From a virus (taxonomy: Duplodnaviria; Caudoviricetes), in IMG/VR virus record IMGVR_UViG_3300043436_001856, positions 1 to 63,203 of that record: a stretch of 63,203 nt of DNA; one strand, given 5' to 3'. How positions within the stretch are numbered: position 1 is the stretch's first letter; every line of letters begins with the position of its first letter. Below, in pieces: positions 8,226 to 16,849 of this stretch. Both the position numbers and the translations under genes were made by a program. Below the pieces are notes generated by a model. That model did no database searches and was not told where the DNA came from. It saw only the letters and a list, made by a program, of their open reading frames with translations.

Positions 8226-10285
8226 TAATTAGTGTTTATTACTTTTAATAAATTAACCTGTGTTGTATTATAATCCGTTGGGTCGTAAGATTCAATTTTA
8301 TTTAATCTAAATAATACGCCATTAATCCAAATATATTTGCTAAAATCCAAATTGTAAATGTCAACCGCAGTTAAATAAACGCGACAACTCAATAACTTTG
8401 ATTCCATATCTGTAATTTCCAAAATGTACGGTTTATTGTACGTATTGAATAAATTATTTGTCGGATAAATAGACGCAGGAAATTGCAATTCTTTTGGTGC
8501 GCCAAAATTCAAATCAACAGTCGGGTTTGCCGGGTCGTCTAAATGTCCCGCATAACCGTAAGTTGTTATTGTTGCCAAAGTTCCGCCGCCGTCTTCTTGT
8601 ATTTTCCAACTTGAAACACCTGTTATTTTCTTTGCCATTAAAATACGAATTACTGAATCCATAGGGTCTTCAGTTGTATTATTATTTGACAATTTATAAA
8701 TTGAACTATGGTATTTGTCTTGTCCTGAATGTAAAACAATTACAGTTGGCGCAAAAATAATCTGTGTTGAAGCCGTGTCCTTTACAAAATCAAATTCAGA
8801 ATCATAAATAAAATCGCCGTATGATTGACCGTACTTCTTTTTATAGTTTTCATTGTAATAATCCGAATCGTCTGTGTATTTATACGCATAATAACGCGCA
8901 TTCAACTGTGACATTGGTTTAATTGACATTGTTGAACCTGTGTCAATCTTTTGTGACCAATCAATTGAATTAGTTACTGCGTCAGAATAAAAGTCAATAT
9001 ATGGCGCAATATTTATTTGTTTGTCGTTTATGTTATCCTGATAAACGTACAAATTGAACATTTTACAAACTGACAAAAAGAAGTCTTTTTGGAATATACC
9101 CTTTGGTAAATTAGCATTCATTGAAACAGTACCATTATAAGCAACTGAAGTCAACTGCGCAGCCAATTGAGTAAATGTAAAGTTCGCACTTGATACGTTT
9201 ACAATATAAGTATTTGCCGTAATCGGAACGCTTAATTCAATACGCACTTGATTCGTGTTAGCAATTGCGCCTGTCCAATCAAAATTGAATGTAAAAGGAT
9301 TATTTGCTGAAAATGTATTTACTGTCAAAGTCTGAACCGCAACACCGGCAACATATAAAGTCGCAGTAATAGACGAAGCGGCGTCAGTTTGATAAATACC
9401 CGTTATTGAAGCCAATGCATTAACTGTCTTTGTGCCGTCAGTATAAGTAAAAATGCTTTTTCCTGCATTTTCTGTGAAATTAAGTAAAGTCGTAGAATCA
9501 AAAGACAAATTTGCATTTCGCGCCGTTGGTGTATTACTGTTTAAAATTGTTTTTGTTGCATTAATCGTGCCTAATATAAATCTGTCATTCGTACCCTGTA
9601 TTCCCTGACTATTGTTTGGAATTATTAGTTTCTTAAAAAAGTCTGTATTAAAGAAATCGCAATTTAAACTGTACGAAGTACCTTCAAATATCTTTTCAAT
9701 ATATTCCTTTACATATAATGCCGGTCTAAATGCTGAAACGTGGAAATCGTCCTTACCTGTTGAAACGTCGCCGTAATCAATCAATGGATAATAATAACCT
9801 GAACCATTTATTGTGTCCCAACTGTTTTGAATTGTAGTTACATTCCACGTATGGTTGTATTCGCTAAAATCCAAATCTTCTAAACGCTTATTTCCTAATT
9901 CTGTAATAAACCCACCTAATTCACCAAATACGGCGCATTGATATTCAATTACACCTTTATTCATAACAATTTCAAGGATTCTAATAACGCCCTTAAATAT
10001 CTGTATTTTGTCAATATAGACTTCGCACTTTGCCGCCTGTGACGGTGTAAAGTTTGTCGCAACGTTAGGTAAATCCATATTGTGTTCGTGCGCCATTCCT
10101 AAATCAAAAGCAAAACCCAATATTTGATTGTTCTTTGCAGTTGCAGGTATTGAAATTGTACGGCTAAAAGACGTATTACGGCTTCCAAAGTCGCGCACGT
10201 CGTCAATCGTGTACGTGAAATCCGTTCCAATATCCTTGATTAAATCAATAACGTTGTCTTCAATATAAATTTCGGTTCTAATCAT
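8225..10285 (-). CDS. Tail tip/baseplate hub-like protein
   Basis: 686 aa; SFSRTISIPATxxNN and YYYPLIDYG motifs of siphoviral tail-tip proteins. Confidence 0.65.
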   Translation of the reverse strand: MIRTEIYIEDNVIDLIKDIGTDFTYTIDDVRDFGSRNTSFSRTISIPATAKNNQILGFAFDLGMAHEHNMDLPNVATNFTPSQAAKCEVYIDKIQIFKGVIRILEIVMNKGVIEYQCAVFGELGGFITELGNKRLEDLDFSEYNHTWNVTTIQNSWDTINGSGYYYPLIDYGDVSTGKDDFHVSAFRPALYVKEYIEKIFEGTSYSLNCDFFNTDFFKKLIIPNNSQGIQGTNDRFILGTINATKTILNSNTPTARNANLSFDSTTLLNFTENAGKSIFTYTDGTKTVNALASITGIYQTDAASSITATLYVAGVAVQTLTVNTFSANNPFTFNFDWTGAIANTNQVRIELSVPITANTYIVNVSSANFTFTQLAAQLTSVAYNGTVSMNANLPKGIFQKDFFLSVCKMFNLYVYQDNINDKQINIAPYIDFYSDAVTNSIDWSQKIDTGSTMSIKPMSQLNARYYAYKYTDDSDYYNENYKKKYGQSYGDFIYDSEFDFVKDTASTQIIFAPTVIVLHSGQDKYHSSIYKLSNNNTTEDPMDSVIRILMAKKITGVSSWKIQEDGGGTLATITTYGYAGHLDDPANPTVDLNFGAPKELQFPASIYPTNNLFNTYNKPYILEITDMESKLLSCRVYLTAVDIYNLDFSKYIWINGVLFRLNKIESYDPTDYNTTQVNLLKVINTN

Positions 10286-11499
10286 TATCTGTATTGACTG
10301 TTTAAATATTTACCAATTTCAACTTCTAAATCAAAATTAAATAAGCCGTCAGAAACCTTATATTTATATTGGTAATTCGTGTTTCTAATTGTAACAGGGA
10401 AAAAAGCGCCTTGCACTTCCATATAAACAATCGGTGACGCTATTAATTGCGCCAACCACGCATAATCCATATCATTAACCCAATCGCTTGTCAACATATA
10501 ATAATCCGTATGTTCAATCGCGAAGTTGTATGTCGTTTCATTGTATTTGTTATACGCATCAATGTTAGTCATTTGACCGCCTGACAATTGGTACGGGTTT
10601 CGTCTATATGAAGCACGGTTAAATTCGCTGCGTCGCTTGTTTACCAACCTGAACGCCATTGTATCATATCCGCCCAACCTGTTAAGAAAATGAAGGTTGT
10701 ATTGTCTGTATTTAGGGTTGCAAACTTGTCTGAATTTCAGCGTCCTTGTAACCGCCGCGCCCAATGTAATATAAACGTTGTACCCGTAAGTATTTTGGGT
10801 TATAATATCTGACCCCGCCCACGCATTAATTGCCGCAGCCTGAAAATTGAACAGGTTAAATTGTCCCGCCATTGTAAGGTCACCACTAACCGCAGTCCCA
10901 AAAGTTCCGTCTTCGTTTGTAGGTTGAACCCAAAGTTTATACGAACCGCCGGTAATTTTTAAAAATGTAATAAAAAATTGGTCGCCGTATTCAATTGGAA
11001 TATCTGAATTGTCGCGGTCACTTAACCAATCGTCCGTGTAATTCTCAATTAATAAATTATCATAGTAATTTGACAATACCAAAGGAATGTCGCCGTTTTC
11101 TGTAAATATGTCACCGAACAATGGCGCGTAATAATTGTACGCTGAATAAGAACCTGAAGCCAAATTACCAATAACCGCACCACTTACTTCTTCGCCAATA
11201 CGAACCTGATAATCCACCTTTATTTTGTTATTTGAAGCCATTAAAACCGTCGTACCTGAAGGTTCAAAGTAATTGGTCACGTATGCACGAACCATTGGCG
11301 ACGCATTAAATACGCCATAACTTCCGTCGGCTGAAGGTGAAGGGAATACCTTATTTCGGCTAACCTGTGCGCCATTAATGTAAATATCGTACACGAATTT
11401 AAAGTTTGTAACCCCAACATTTGTTGAAGAAGCCACAAACCAAAGGTCGTCGTGCATACTCGGGAACGTAGCCGGTTGACTATTTATTGTTATTGCCAT
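10285..11499 (-). CDS. Distal tail-like structural protein
   Basis: 404 aa beta-rich; FLNRLGGYD...L.SDW...SP.VY motifs; coupled to the hub gene. Confidence 0.6.
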   Translation of the reverse strand: MAITINSQPATFPSMHDDLWFVASSTNVGVTNFKFVYDIYINGAQVSRNKVFPSPSADGSYGVFNASPMVRAYVTNYFEPSGTTVLMASNNKIKVDYQVRIGEEVSGAVIGNLASGSYSAYNYYAPLFGDIFTENGDIPLVLSNYYDNLLIENYTDDWLSDRDNSDIPIEYGDQFFITFLKITGGSYKLWVQPTNEDGTFGTAVSGDLTMAGQFNLFNFQAAAINAWAGSDIITQNTYGYNVYITLGAAVTRTLKFRQVCNPKYRQYNLHFLNRLGGYDTMAFRLVNKRRSEFNRASYRRNPYQLSGGQMTNIDAYNKYNETTYNFAIEHTDYYMLTSDWVNDMDYAWLAQLIASPIVYMEVQGAFFPVTIRNTNYQYKYKVSDGLFNFDLEVEIGKYLNSQYR

Positions 11500-12208
11500 T
11501 GCTTGATTCTATTTTATTTCCAATTTGTCTAATTTGTAATTGAACGTCGCCGCCAAAAGCTTCTGCCATTGTCGTAAAAAAGTCCTTATTAAATACCGTC
11601 TTAACTGCATTGTCAAAATAAGAAGTCGTTTTTAAACCGTCCCTTTTGATTGCTGAAGCGGTTGCGTATGCTAAAGCTTTTAATGAAGTCGCTTTGTTCA
11701 CCGCTTGTTTAAGTTTTTTGCTTTTCCTTTGGGTCTTGCTTAATTTCTTTGTCTGCGTTTCGTTTGTCGTCTTTGCCTTCCCTAATCTGTACCATTGCAA
11801 TATTGACGTTGCCATTTTTTTATTTGGGAATGGCGTTTTGTATTGGTATGGTGAATCTGAAGAAACTTTTTTTGGTCGTGCATTTTCGCCACCAACACCC
11901 TTAACCCCTTTATTTATATATTTGTAATAAACTGAAGCCGGGTTATTTTTGTCGTAACCCAACCACATTTCATAATCATTGCCAAATTTTGTGACCTTTG
12001 GTACAACCAAATCGCCAATTTTACCTGAAGCAATTGAACCGCTTTTATTTAGGTTTTTTTGTACTTCGTCGTTAAATTGTTTACCGTAGAAAATAAGCAT
12101 TTGTTCGGCAACAGGAAATTCAGTCGGGTCAATAACGTTATATTGGTCACCGATTGTTTTTAAAAAACCTTCCTTTAATGCTTTTGCCTGTGCTTTGGCT
12201 TCACTCAT
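11480..12208 (-). CDS. Putative tail completion/neck protein; start reassigned to MSEAKAQ
   Basis: Basic protein with ASG...YYKY(I/V)NKGV motif; conservation between copies and the promoter motif support this start. Confidence 0.55.
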   Translation of the reverse strand: MSEAKAQAKALKEGFLKTIGDQYNVIDPTEFPVAEQMLIFYGKQFNDEVQKNLNKSGSIASGKIGDLVVPKVTKFGNDYEMWLGYDKNNPASVYYKYINKGVKGVGGENARPKKVSSDSPYQYKTPFPNKKMATSILQWYRLGKAKTTNETQTKKLSKTQRKSKKLKQAVNKATSLKALAYATASAIKRDGLKTTSYFDNAVKTVFNKDFFTTMAEAFGGDVQLQIRQIGNKIESSNGNNNK

Positions 12209-12213
12209 ACCAT

Positions 12214-12241
12214 TAAATAGATAAAATGGTTCTAAATACCA
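12214..12241 (-). promoter_or_regulatory. Candidate phage late promoter (TGGTA-N16-CTATTTA)
   Basis: Recurrent motif; copy B box at 43450..43456. Confidence 0.6.
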
Positions 12242-12244
12242 CAG

Positions 12245-12270
12245 AAAAAACCCCGTGTAAAAACACAGGG
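12245..12270 (-). terminator. Intrinsic terminator after the tail chaperone genes
   Basis: CCCTGTG-TTTTTA-CACGGGG plus T6; identical at 43481..43506. Confidence 0.75.
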
Positions 12271-12306
12271 TAATTTCGCTTATTTCAATAAAAAAACACA
12301 ACTTCC

Positions 12307-12586
12307 TTATTTAATGCGCTTCGCCTGTTCCCGGTCGTAAGCATTTTTTGACTTCAGGTACGCCATTGTATTCAAAAATTCAATGGTCTTCATTTCAAAA
12401 GCTTCCGAAGTTCTAATATTTTCGTGTTCGGCAACAAGTTTGGCGGTATAATGCCACCCGTAGATTCGCATAAAAGCAACAACACCGAATCCGCTTGTTC
12501 CGTCGTCATCCCCGCCGTCGTCATTTCCGTTTTCATATAATCCCGCGTAACTTCTATCCAATTTCTGTAAACTTGATAAAAAAAAA
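12307..12586 (-). CDS. -1 frame extension of the tail assembly chaperone (gpGT-like)
   Basis: The -1 frame is open from the T9 run (12578..12586) to 12307 and has no ATG at its start; conserved in copy B. Confidence 0.7.
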
Positions 12587-13064
12587 CCAACGAATGATAA
12601 ACGTGTATAAAATTCGCTTCCTGCATATCCGCAGCGTATTCTTCGTGTTTACTTGCGTCATACTTATCGTCAATCCATTTGCCGTACCAATTTTTTTTCT
12701 GCGGGATTACCATTGACGCAGCTATTTTGTGTAAATTTCCCAACGTGTCTTTGCTAAATACCTTGCTTTCAATATAACGCGCTGACGGCATATTTTTAAT
12801 GTCGTAATTCATACGGTATCGTTTGCCATTAATTGTAATATAGTCAACCGGCTTCCCTTCAATTGGTTCGTCTAAAAAAGCCAAATCTTTTCGCAATTCT
12901 TTTAAGTCTTCAATGCCTAAACTGTCAATTTGATATTCGGTTAAACCTGTGATAATGCACAATAATTTAACTTCCTTGTCCAATTCTGTCCAATCCTTAT
13001 TCGGGTTTGTTATTATTGGCATCAATTGTTGGTATTGCCAAAGGGTCAGTTCGTTCCATTTCAT
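12390..13064 (-). CDS. Tail assembly chaperone (gpG-like)
   Basis: 224 aa, W.ELTLxQYQ start, LHxIAAxM; contains the slippery GTT TTT TTT TAT. Confidence 0.7.
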   Translation of the reverse strand: MKWNELTLWQYQQLMPIITNPNKDWTELDKEVKLLCIITGLTEYQIDSLGIEDLKELRKDLAFLDEPIEGKPVDYITINGKRYRMNYDIKNMPSARYIESKVFSKDTLGNLHKIAASMVIPQKKNWYGKWIDDKYDASKHEEYAADMQEANFIHVYHSLVFFYQVYRNWIEVTRDYMKTEMTTAGMTTEQADSVLLLLCESTGGIIPPNLLPNTKILELRKLLK

Positions 13065-13188
13065 AATTCAAAGTTAAGTCTTTTTTCTGATAAGGACAAT
13101 GCCGACAACCATTTTTGCAGCAATACCCCCTTTTTAAATGATATTCTTCTGTGAATACCTTATAACCGTTTTTTAAATAGTAATCCAT
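12997..13188 (-). CDS. Small Cys-rich protein (DUF5522-like)
   Basis: VFTEEYHLKRGYCCKNGCRHCPY motif. Confidence 0.75.
   Translation of the reverse strand: MDYYLKNGYKVFTEEYHLKRGYCCKNGCRHCPYQKKDLTLNYEMERTDPLAIPTIDANNNKPE
13069..13100 (-). promoter_or_regulatory. Possible host-sigma promoter giving a near-leaderless chaperone mRNA
   Basis: TTG-N20-TAACTTTG ending 4 nt before the ATG; conserved in copy B but lies inside a CDS. Confidence 0.4.
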
Positions 13189-13535
13189 TTTTTTAATCCG
13201 TTTGCACTTGACATAATTGCGTCAGCGCGTTGCGTTAAGCTTTCAATTTGCCCGTTTAGTTCGTCCGGGTCGTATGATATGTAATAACCGTTTGACGTCC
13301 CAATAACAGGCAATATTCCTTCTGACCTTATAAAGTTAACGATTTTACGTAAACGCGGTTCAGAAAATTGTTTAATTCCGTACCTTTCTTTTTGCCCGTT
13401 AATGGCTGCGACTATTTCCGCGCCTTTAATTGGGTTGGCTTTGCTTTTCAAGTTTAACCCCCTGATAATTACAGGCACTAAACGCTTTTCGTCAGGCGTC
13501 AATTCGCAAGTTATGTCTTCAAAGTTTTTAATCAT
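13173..13535 (-). CDS. Winged-helix DNA-binding protein
   Basis: PIKGAEI...RLRKIVNFIR...PVIGTSNGYY pattern. Confidence 0.6.
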   Translation of the reverse strand: MIKNFEDITCELTPDEKRLVPVIIRGLNLKSKANPIKGAEIVAAINGQKERYGIKQFSEPRLRKIVNFIRSEGILPVIGTSNGYYISYDPDELNGQIESLTQRADAIMSSANGLKKWITI

Positions 13536-13545
13536 TGTATAAATT

Positions 13546-13719
13546 TTAATTAACGTCTGCCATTGCTAAATTAATCATTTTTAATTGAATCCTTAAATCT
13601 TTAATTTCCTTTTCTTTTAATCCCAATTCCTTTTCAATCTTTGCAATCTTTTCAATTAAGCATTCGTTTTCAAGGCGAAGCAAATATTCCTGACCCATTA
13701 AATATTGATTTTTTGACAT
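13546..13719 (-). CDS. Small coiled-coil protein (57 aa, below the track cutoff)
   Basis: MSKNQYLMGQEYLLRLENEC...; orthologue at 45144..45320. Confidence 0.7.
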   Translation of the reverse strand: MSKNQYLMGQEYLLRLENECLIEKIAKIEKELGLKEKEIKDLRIQLKMINLAMADVN

Positions 13720-13805
13720 ACAGTTAGTTTTAAAAAGCCGCCCAAAGTTCCCTAATTACTATTTATTGTTAATTTTAAATATTTAATTCTTCAGGCGGCG
13801 TACGT

Positions 13806-13973
13806 TTAAATTCGGTTTAATTTATCCTGTTCAATTTGATTTTGTGCAGCTTCTTCAGCTTCACGTTCTTCAATGTCTTCTTCGTCTTCCCAATCGCAAT
13901 GGTCACGACATTCAGGGCAAATATCGTATTCCGTATAATTAGTGTGTGCGCCGCAGCAAGTTGAGTATGCCAT
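13806..13973 (-). CDS. Small Zn-finger/acidic protein (55 aa, below the track cutoff)
   Basis: MAYSTCCGA...ICPECRDHCDWEDEED; orthologue at 45408..45566. Confidence 0.75.
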   Translation of the reverse strand: MAYSTCCGAHTNYTEYDICPECRDHCDWEDEEDIEEREAEEAAQNQIEQDKLNRI

Positions 13974-13983
13974 ATTAAAGGTT

Positions 13984-14217
13984 TTAATCGTTACTAATAT
14001 AATTCATAAAATAATATTTACCACCGTCACAATTTGGGTCAGGGTAATTTTTAGCGTCGTTGTACGCAGTTTCTATTTCAGAACGGACTTCCTGTTGCAT
14101 TTCCATTGCCATTTGTTTTGCCCTTAATAATCCGTAATACTGAATTCCCCCTAATGTGTTTCTTCTAATTTCAGCGTCCAATTGATTAATCAATTTTTGC
14201 ATTGTTGTTATATACAT
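13984..14217 (-). CDS. Hypothetical protein, copy A only
   Basis: Open frame filling a gap that is absent in copy B; start uncertain. Confidence 0.55.
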   Translation of the reverse strand: MYITTMQKLINQLDAEIRRNTLGGIQYYGLLRAKQMAMEMQQEVRSEIETAYNDAKNYPDPNCDGGKYYFMNYISND

Positions 14218-14218
14218 A

Positions 14219-14371
14219 TTATAAGTTTTCAATTAAAGCCGTTAACAATAAAGCTACGCCCATAATAATAAAAAACCAAACTGTACCCAAAGATTCTTTT
14301 TGGTATTCTTTTTGCATTTTTGCGTAATGCTCAATTAATTTGTCTTCTTTTGTTTTTAGTCTGTTTTGCAT
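14219..14371 (-). CDS. Small membrane protein (50 aa)
   Basis: MQNRLKTKE...VWFFIIMGVALLLTALIENL; orthologue at 45568..45720. Confidence 0.7.
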   Translation of the reverse strand: MQNRLKTKEDKLIEHYAKMQKEYQKESLGTVWFFIIMGVALLLTALIENL

Positions 14372-14424
14372 TGTATAAGTTTTAAATGTGCGTTGGACAG
14401 TCGCACCCCTGCGGGGGATAATAA

Positions 14425-14658
14425 TTATGCGTTGTATGTTGTAATAATTGCGTTTTGTAAGTCTTCAACAAATATACCTTTTAATTCAGAAACTTTTAAT
14501 TCGTTCACACCGCGTAAAGTATAAGCTTTTACGTTATATAAATCGTTTACTAAAGTAACGTCAACAAATCTGTTTCTGTTGCAAACTAATTTTGTAAAGT
14601 TTGTTCCGTTAACTTGAAATTTAAAACCGATTGTCATTTGTGTTTTTAAAGTTGTCAT
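14425..14658 (-). CDS. First gene behind early promoter 1, copy A allele (MTTLKTQ...)
   Basis: ATG 20 nt after the -7 box; replaced by an unrelated gene in copy B. Confidence 0.65.
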   Translation of the reverse strand: MTTLKTQMTIGFKFQVNGTNFTKLVCNRNRFVDVTLVNDLYNVKAYTLRGVNELKVSELKGIFVEDLQNAIITTYNA

Positions 14659-14678
14659 TGTTATTTGCTTTTGTTCCA

Positions 14679-14711
14679 CAAATATAACACAGGTTTTACA
14701 CACCTTCCAAA
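14679..14711 (-). promoter_or_regulatory. Bacteroidota primary-sigma promoter (early promoter 1)
   Basis: TTTG-N21-TATATTTG matches the -33/-7 consensus; conserved at 46003..46035. Confidence 0.75.
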
Positions 14712-14768
14712 CATTTTGCAAAGTTTTTTTTATAATTGTGATGAACGGTAAATAATAAGGATAAACGG

Positions 14769-15920
14769 TTAAGCGAAGGCGTAACGACCTGAACCGCGTT
14801 TGATATTGTGATTTTGCCACGCTAAAGCCAAAGCCATAACGGTATCGTCGTGGAATCCTGACGGCGCTGAATACCTTACGCCGTGTGAAGTAAACTGATA
14901 TTCAAACACGTCTAATTCGTCCACAATAACACCTTCCGGGAATCCGATTCGTCCCTGTTGTATTGCTGAAGCCAAACCTTCCATTAATTGCTGCTTTGAT
15001 TGACTTGTAAATTTTAAACCTTCAATGTTTATCCCTTCGCGCAACAAGTCTTCTAATATTGGGTCGCCAACCCCTGTTGAATCCACCACAATTGGCGCAG
15101 GTGGCAACCTTTTAATTGTTTCTTTGGTGTTATGCCAATCCATTTGAAAGCGGTCAAAATACGCCACGTTGCCGTCCTTATCCAATCCAATTATAACTGT
15201 AAAATCCACAGACTTTGCAAGGTCAATGCCATAACAAACAATCGGTTGCGCTGAAATAGGTTTGACGCAGCGTTTAATAAATGCGTTGCCAAAAGGGTTT
15301 GCGCTATTCTCGGACGGGTTCGCCATATATTCCTGTTCAAATACAACTTCAGGTAATTGAATTCGTGCTTCGTCTATTTCGCGCGGGTTAATATGCGGAT
15401 TGTCGTATGTGCTAAATTTAAAGCTTTGCCAATCGTTTTCGCCCATTTTCATAAACAGGGAATAAAAGAAGTTTTTGCCACGTGGCGTTGAAAGGAAAAC
15501 CGCCTTCCCTTCGTAGTCGGTCAGCGTCGGGCGTATGCTATTATTCCAACCGTCTTCAAGGTCAGCAATAAACGCAGCTTCGTCAATAATAACCAAATGA
15601 AATTTACGACCGCGCAAATTATCTAAACGTTCACCTGTAAAAAATTCAATTGACCCTTCATTGGGACAATAGATTTTCAGCTTTGAAATATTGCTTTTAA
15701 ATGGTAATACTTTTGTAAGGCGTTCAAAGAATACTTGCGCCAATCCGTATGTCGGTGTTATGTATGCAACCTGTCCGCCTTTTAATGCTTCTTTGATTAT
15801 AAGTATTTGCGACAATTCAGACTTACCAAAACGACGTCCGCACATAACGACAACAAAACGCCTTTCAGCGTCCAATATCTTTTTTTGGTTTACGTGTGGC
15901 GTTGGTAATTCAATGCGCAT
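14769..15920 (-). CDS. terL: Terminase large subunit
   Basis: Walker A GRRFGKS, Walker B IIDEAAF, STPxG, nuclease GIDLA and HDDxVMALAL. Confidence 0.93.
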   Translation of the reverse strand: MRIELPTPHVNQKKILDAERRFVVVMCGRRFGKSELSQILIIKEALKGGQVAYITPTYGLAQVFFERLTKVLPFKSNISKLKIYCPNEGSIEFFTGERLDNLRGRKFHLVIIDEAAFIADLEDGWNNSIRPTLTDYEGKAVFLSTPRGKNFFYSLFMKMGENDWQSFKFSTYDNPHINPREIDEARIQLPEVVFEQEYMANPSENSANPFGNAFIKRCVKPISAQPIVCYGIDLAKSVDFTVIIGLDKDGNVAYFDRFQMDWHNTKETIKRLPPAPIVVDSTGVGDPILEDLLREGINIEGLKFTSQSKQQLMEGLASAIQQGRIGFPEGVIVDELDVFEYQFTSHGVRYSAPSGFHDDTVMALALAWQNHNIKRGSGRYAFA

Positions 15921-16301
15921 TTATAGGATTGTTTTGCCGTCAACAAATACAACTTCAATTCGTGAATCCTGTTGTACGTCAACCTGTTCTTTTGGTTTGC
16001 CATATACACGTGACAAAAGCGTGTCCATTGAATAAAGACTGCCATTATTCATTGACTTAACCATTGCTTTTGCAACTGTTAATTCAAGTACGGTCGCGGA
16101 CGGGTTCTTTGTAACGGCTTCCAATTCTTTAGGTGTCATTGACATTAACGCCTGAATTGAATCGTTTATTTCAGCTAATTTGTACCCCTGTTCTTTTAAT
16201 AGGCTGACATACTTACGCGGTCGCCCGTTCGGGTTTGCCGTTTCGCCTTTCTGAAGAACCTTTAATGTTCCACCGTGTTTCTGTTTCACTTCTTTTGCCA
16301 T
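15921..16301 (-). CDS. terS: Terminase small subunit
   Basis: KGxxxNPNGRPRK N-terminal motif, RxxGKPxxxV C-terminus, adjacent to terL. Confidence 0.75.
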   Translation of the reverse strand: MAKEVKQKHGGTLKVLQKGETANPNGRPRKYVSLLKEQGYKLAEINDSIQALMSMTPKELEAVTKNPSATVLELTVAKAMVKSMNNGSLYSMDTLLSRVYGKPKEQVDVQQDSRIEVVFVDGKTIL

Positions 16302-16316
16302 TGTAATACCTTTGTT

Positions 16317-16439
16317 TTACCTTCCCTGACCTTTGTACGCTTTTGGTCGTGGATTGTGTTTGTTATAACTCTTTTTCGCGTGTCCGCACTTTCTTTTACC
16401 GAAATTAGTCTTTTGACTGTCCCCTTTAATCTTTGCCAT
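16317..16439 (-). CDS. 40-aa basic peptide ending YKGQGR
   Basis: MAKIKGDSQKTNFGKRKCGHAKKSYNKHNPRPKAYKGQGR; same peptide at 47983..48105 with synonymous changes. Confidence 0.7.
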   Translation of the reverse strand: MAKIKGDSQKTNFGKRKCGHAKKSYNKHNPRPKAYKGQGR

Positions 16440-16683
16440 TTATTGCCTTTTTATGCTTATCTTTTAAATATTCCAAATGTGTCTTTGTGTCCCCCATAAC
16501 GACGTGACAATAACGACAAAGCGCCATTAAATTTTCAATCCTGTCCTTTTCTTTTGTCCCGCCCATTCCCCTTGCTTCAATATGGTGAATGTCAACCGCT
16601 TTTTGTCCGCATACTTCACACGGAATAAAATCTTCAATTCCGTACCCAAAGTAATCCAAATAAATTTTAGTATAATTTTTCAT
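16426..16683 (-). CDS. HNH endonuclease
   Basis: CEVC...DIHHI...NLMALCRYCH. Confidence 0.85.
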   Translation of the reverse strand: MKNYTKIYLDYFGYGIEDFIPCEVCGQKAVDIHHIEARGMGGTKEKDRIENLMALCRYCHVVMGDTKTHLEYLKDKHKKAINGKD

Positions 16684-16849
16684 CAAATAGGGTAAAACTA
16701 AATGCGACAAATATTAAGCCAATTGCAACTGAATTATGAAATTGTTTATTTTCGTCAATTGCTTCACCAATGTTTATGCCTAACAATATATTGCGCGGCA
16801 ATAAATGAATTGAAATCCTAAAGTTATAAAACTGAATAAAGTATTCCAT
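16667..16849 (-). CDS. Small hydrophobic hypothetical protein
   Basis: 60 aa, coupled to its neighbours, conserved in copy B. Confidence 0.6.
   Translation of the reverse strand: MEYFIQFYNFRISIHLLPRNILLGINIGEAIDENKQFHNSVAIGLIFVAFSFTLFDEKLY

Noticed and set aside
13500-14780. CRISPR array, CRISPR-mimic repeats or tRNA genes in the intergenic hairpins
   Set aside because: No regularly spaced repeats, no cloverleaf or T-loop consensus, and no repeat sequence I recognise
14659-14820. N-terminal extensions given by the ORF track (also 2885..2971, 12209..12301, 58475..58513, 62710..62739)
   Set aside because: They run through promoters, terminators or upstream genes and are not conserved between copies; downstream ATGs fit better
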